From positions 23,488,001 through 23,552,000 of the forward strand of contig CP086569.2 of the NCBI GenBank assembly GCA_009914755.4: a stretch of DNA of 64,000 nt, given 5' to 3'. The notes beneath the pieces were generated by a model. That model searched no databases. It saw nothing but the letters and a program-made list of their open reading frames with translations, and was not told the DNA's origin. The stretch comes from the human T2T-CHM13v2.0 reference genome, Homo sapiens. Below are positions 63,790 to 64,000 of this stretch, one piece after another. A program made the translations under genes and the position numbers. The first letter of the stretch is position 1. Each line of letters starts with the position of its first letter.

Positions 63790-64000
63790 CAAACAATAGA
63801 AAAAGAGGGACTCCTCCCTAATTTACTTCATGAGGTCAGCACCACCCTGATACCAAAACCTGGCAGAGACACAAGAAAAAAGAAAAGTTCAGGCCAATAT
63901 CCCAGATGAATATCGATGCAAAAATTCTCAATAAAATACTGACAAAACGAATCCAGCAGCACATCAAAAAGCTTATCCACCACAATCAAGTCAGCTTCAT
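63790..64000 (+). mobile_element. L1 LINE ORF2 fragment that runs off the window end
   Basis: accctgataccaaaacctggcagagacacaagaaaaaagaaaagttcaggccaatatcccagatgaatatcgatgcaaaaattctcaataaaatactgacaaaacgaatccagcagcacatcaaaaagcttatccaccacaatcaagtcagcttcat is collinear with L1 ORF2. Confidence 0.9.

Overview
This window is primate (human-type) nuclear genomic DNA, not a prokaryotic locus, so there are no operons, CRISPR arrays or defence islands here. About twenty Alu elements, several L1 fragments and abundant (GGAA)n, (GT)n and (CAA)n microsatellites cover much of the sequence. The window divides into four parts. (1) Bases 283-6750 on the + strand hold the 3' half of an RBMY-family gene copy, with six exons flanked by AG/GT and translations that align with RBMY1 protein. 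It carries only one SRGY box, a 1-bp deletion, a TAG and a TGA, so it is most likely an RBMY2-type pseudogene, which would place the window in a Y-chromosome AZFb-like context. (2) Bases 15.9-20.6 kb form an unexplained GC-rich, repeat-free block. It has long overlapping ORFs on both strands that I cannot assign to any known family. (3) Bases 49.7-60.2 kb hold a composite retroelement locus. An HERV-K/HML betaretrovirus-like provirus on the + strand has gag with zinc knuckles, pro with dUTPase and a DTG protease, pol with RT, RNase H and integrase, and env with an RHKR furin site and fusion peptide. Its 5' end abuts a 3'-truncated L1, and its integrase-env region is interrupted by a solo LTR12 (HERV9 LTR) of about 1.55 kb with CCAAT-box tandem repeats. 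(4) The remainder is AT-rich intergenic DNA with scattered L1, Alu, candidate solo LTRs and a DNA-transposon-like relic. I see no evidence for a novel biological system. The items most worth follow-up are the RBMY pseudogene lesions, the nested ERV/LTR12/L1 architecture (a possible Y-specific HERV-K14C-type copy with a potentially active LTR12 promoter) and the unassigned GC-rich block. All coordinates are read by eye from the sequence and are approximate to within about 10 bp for repeats.
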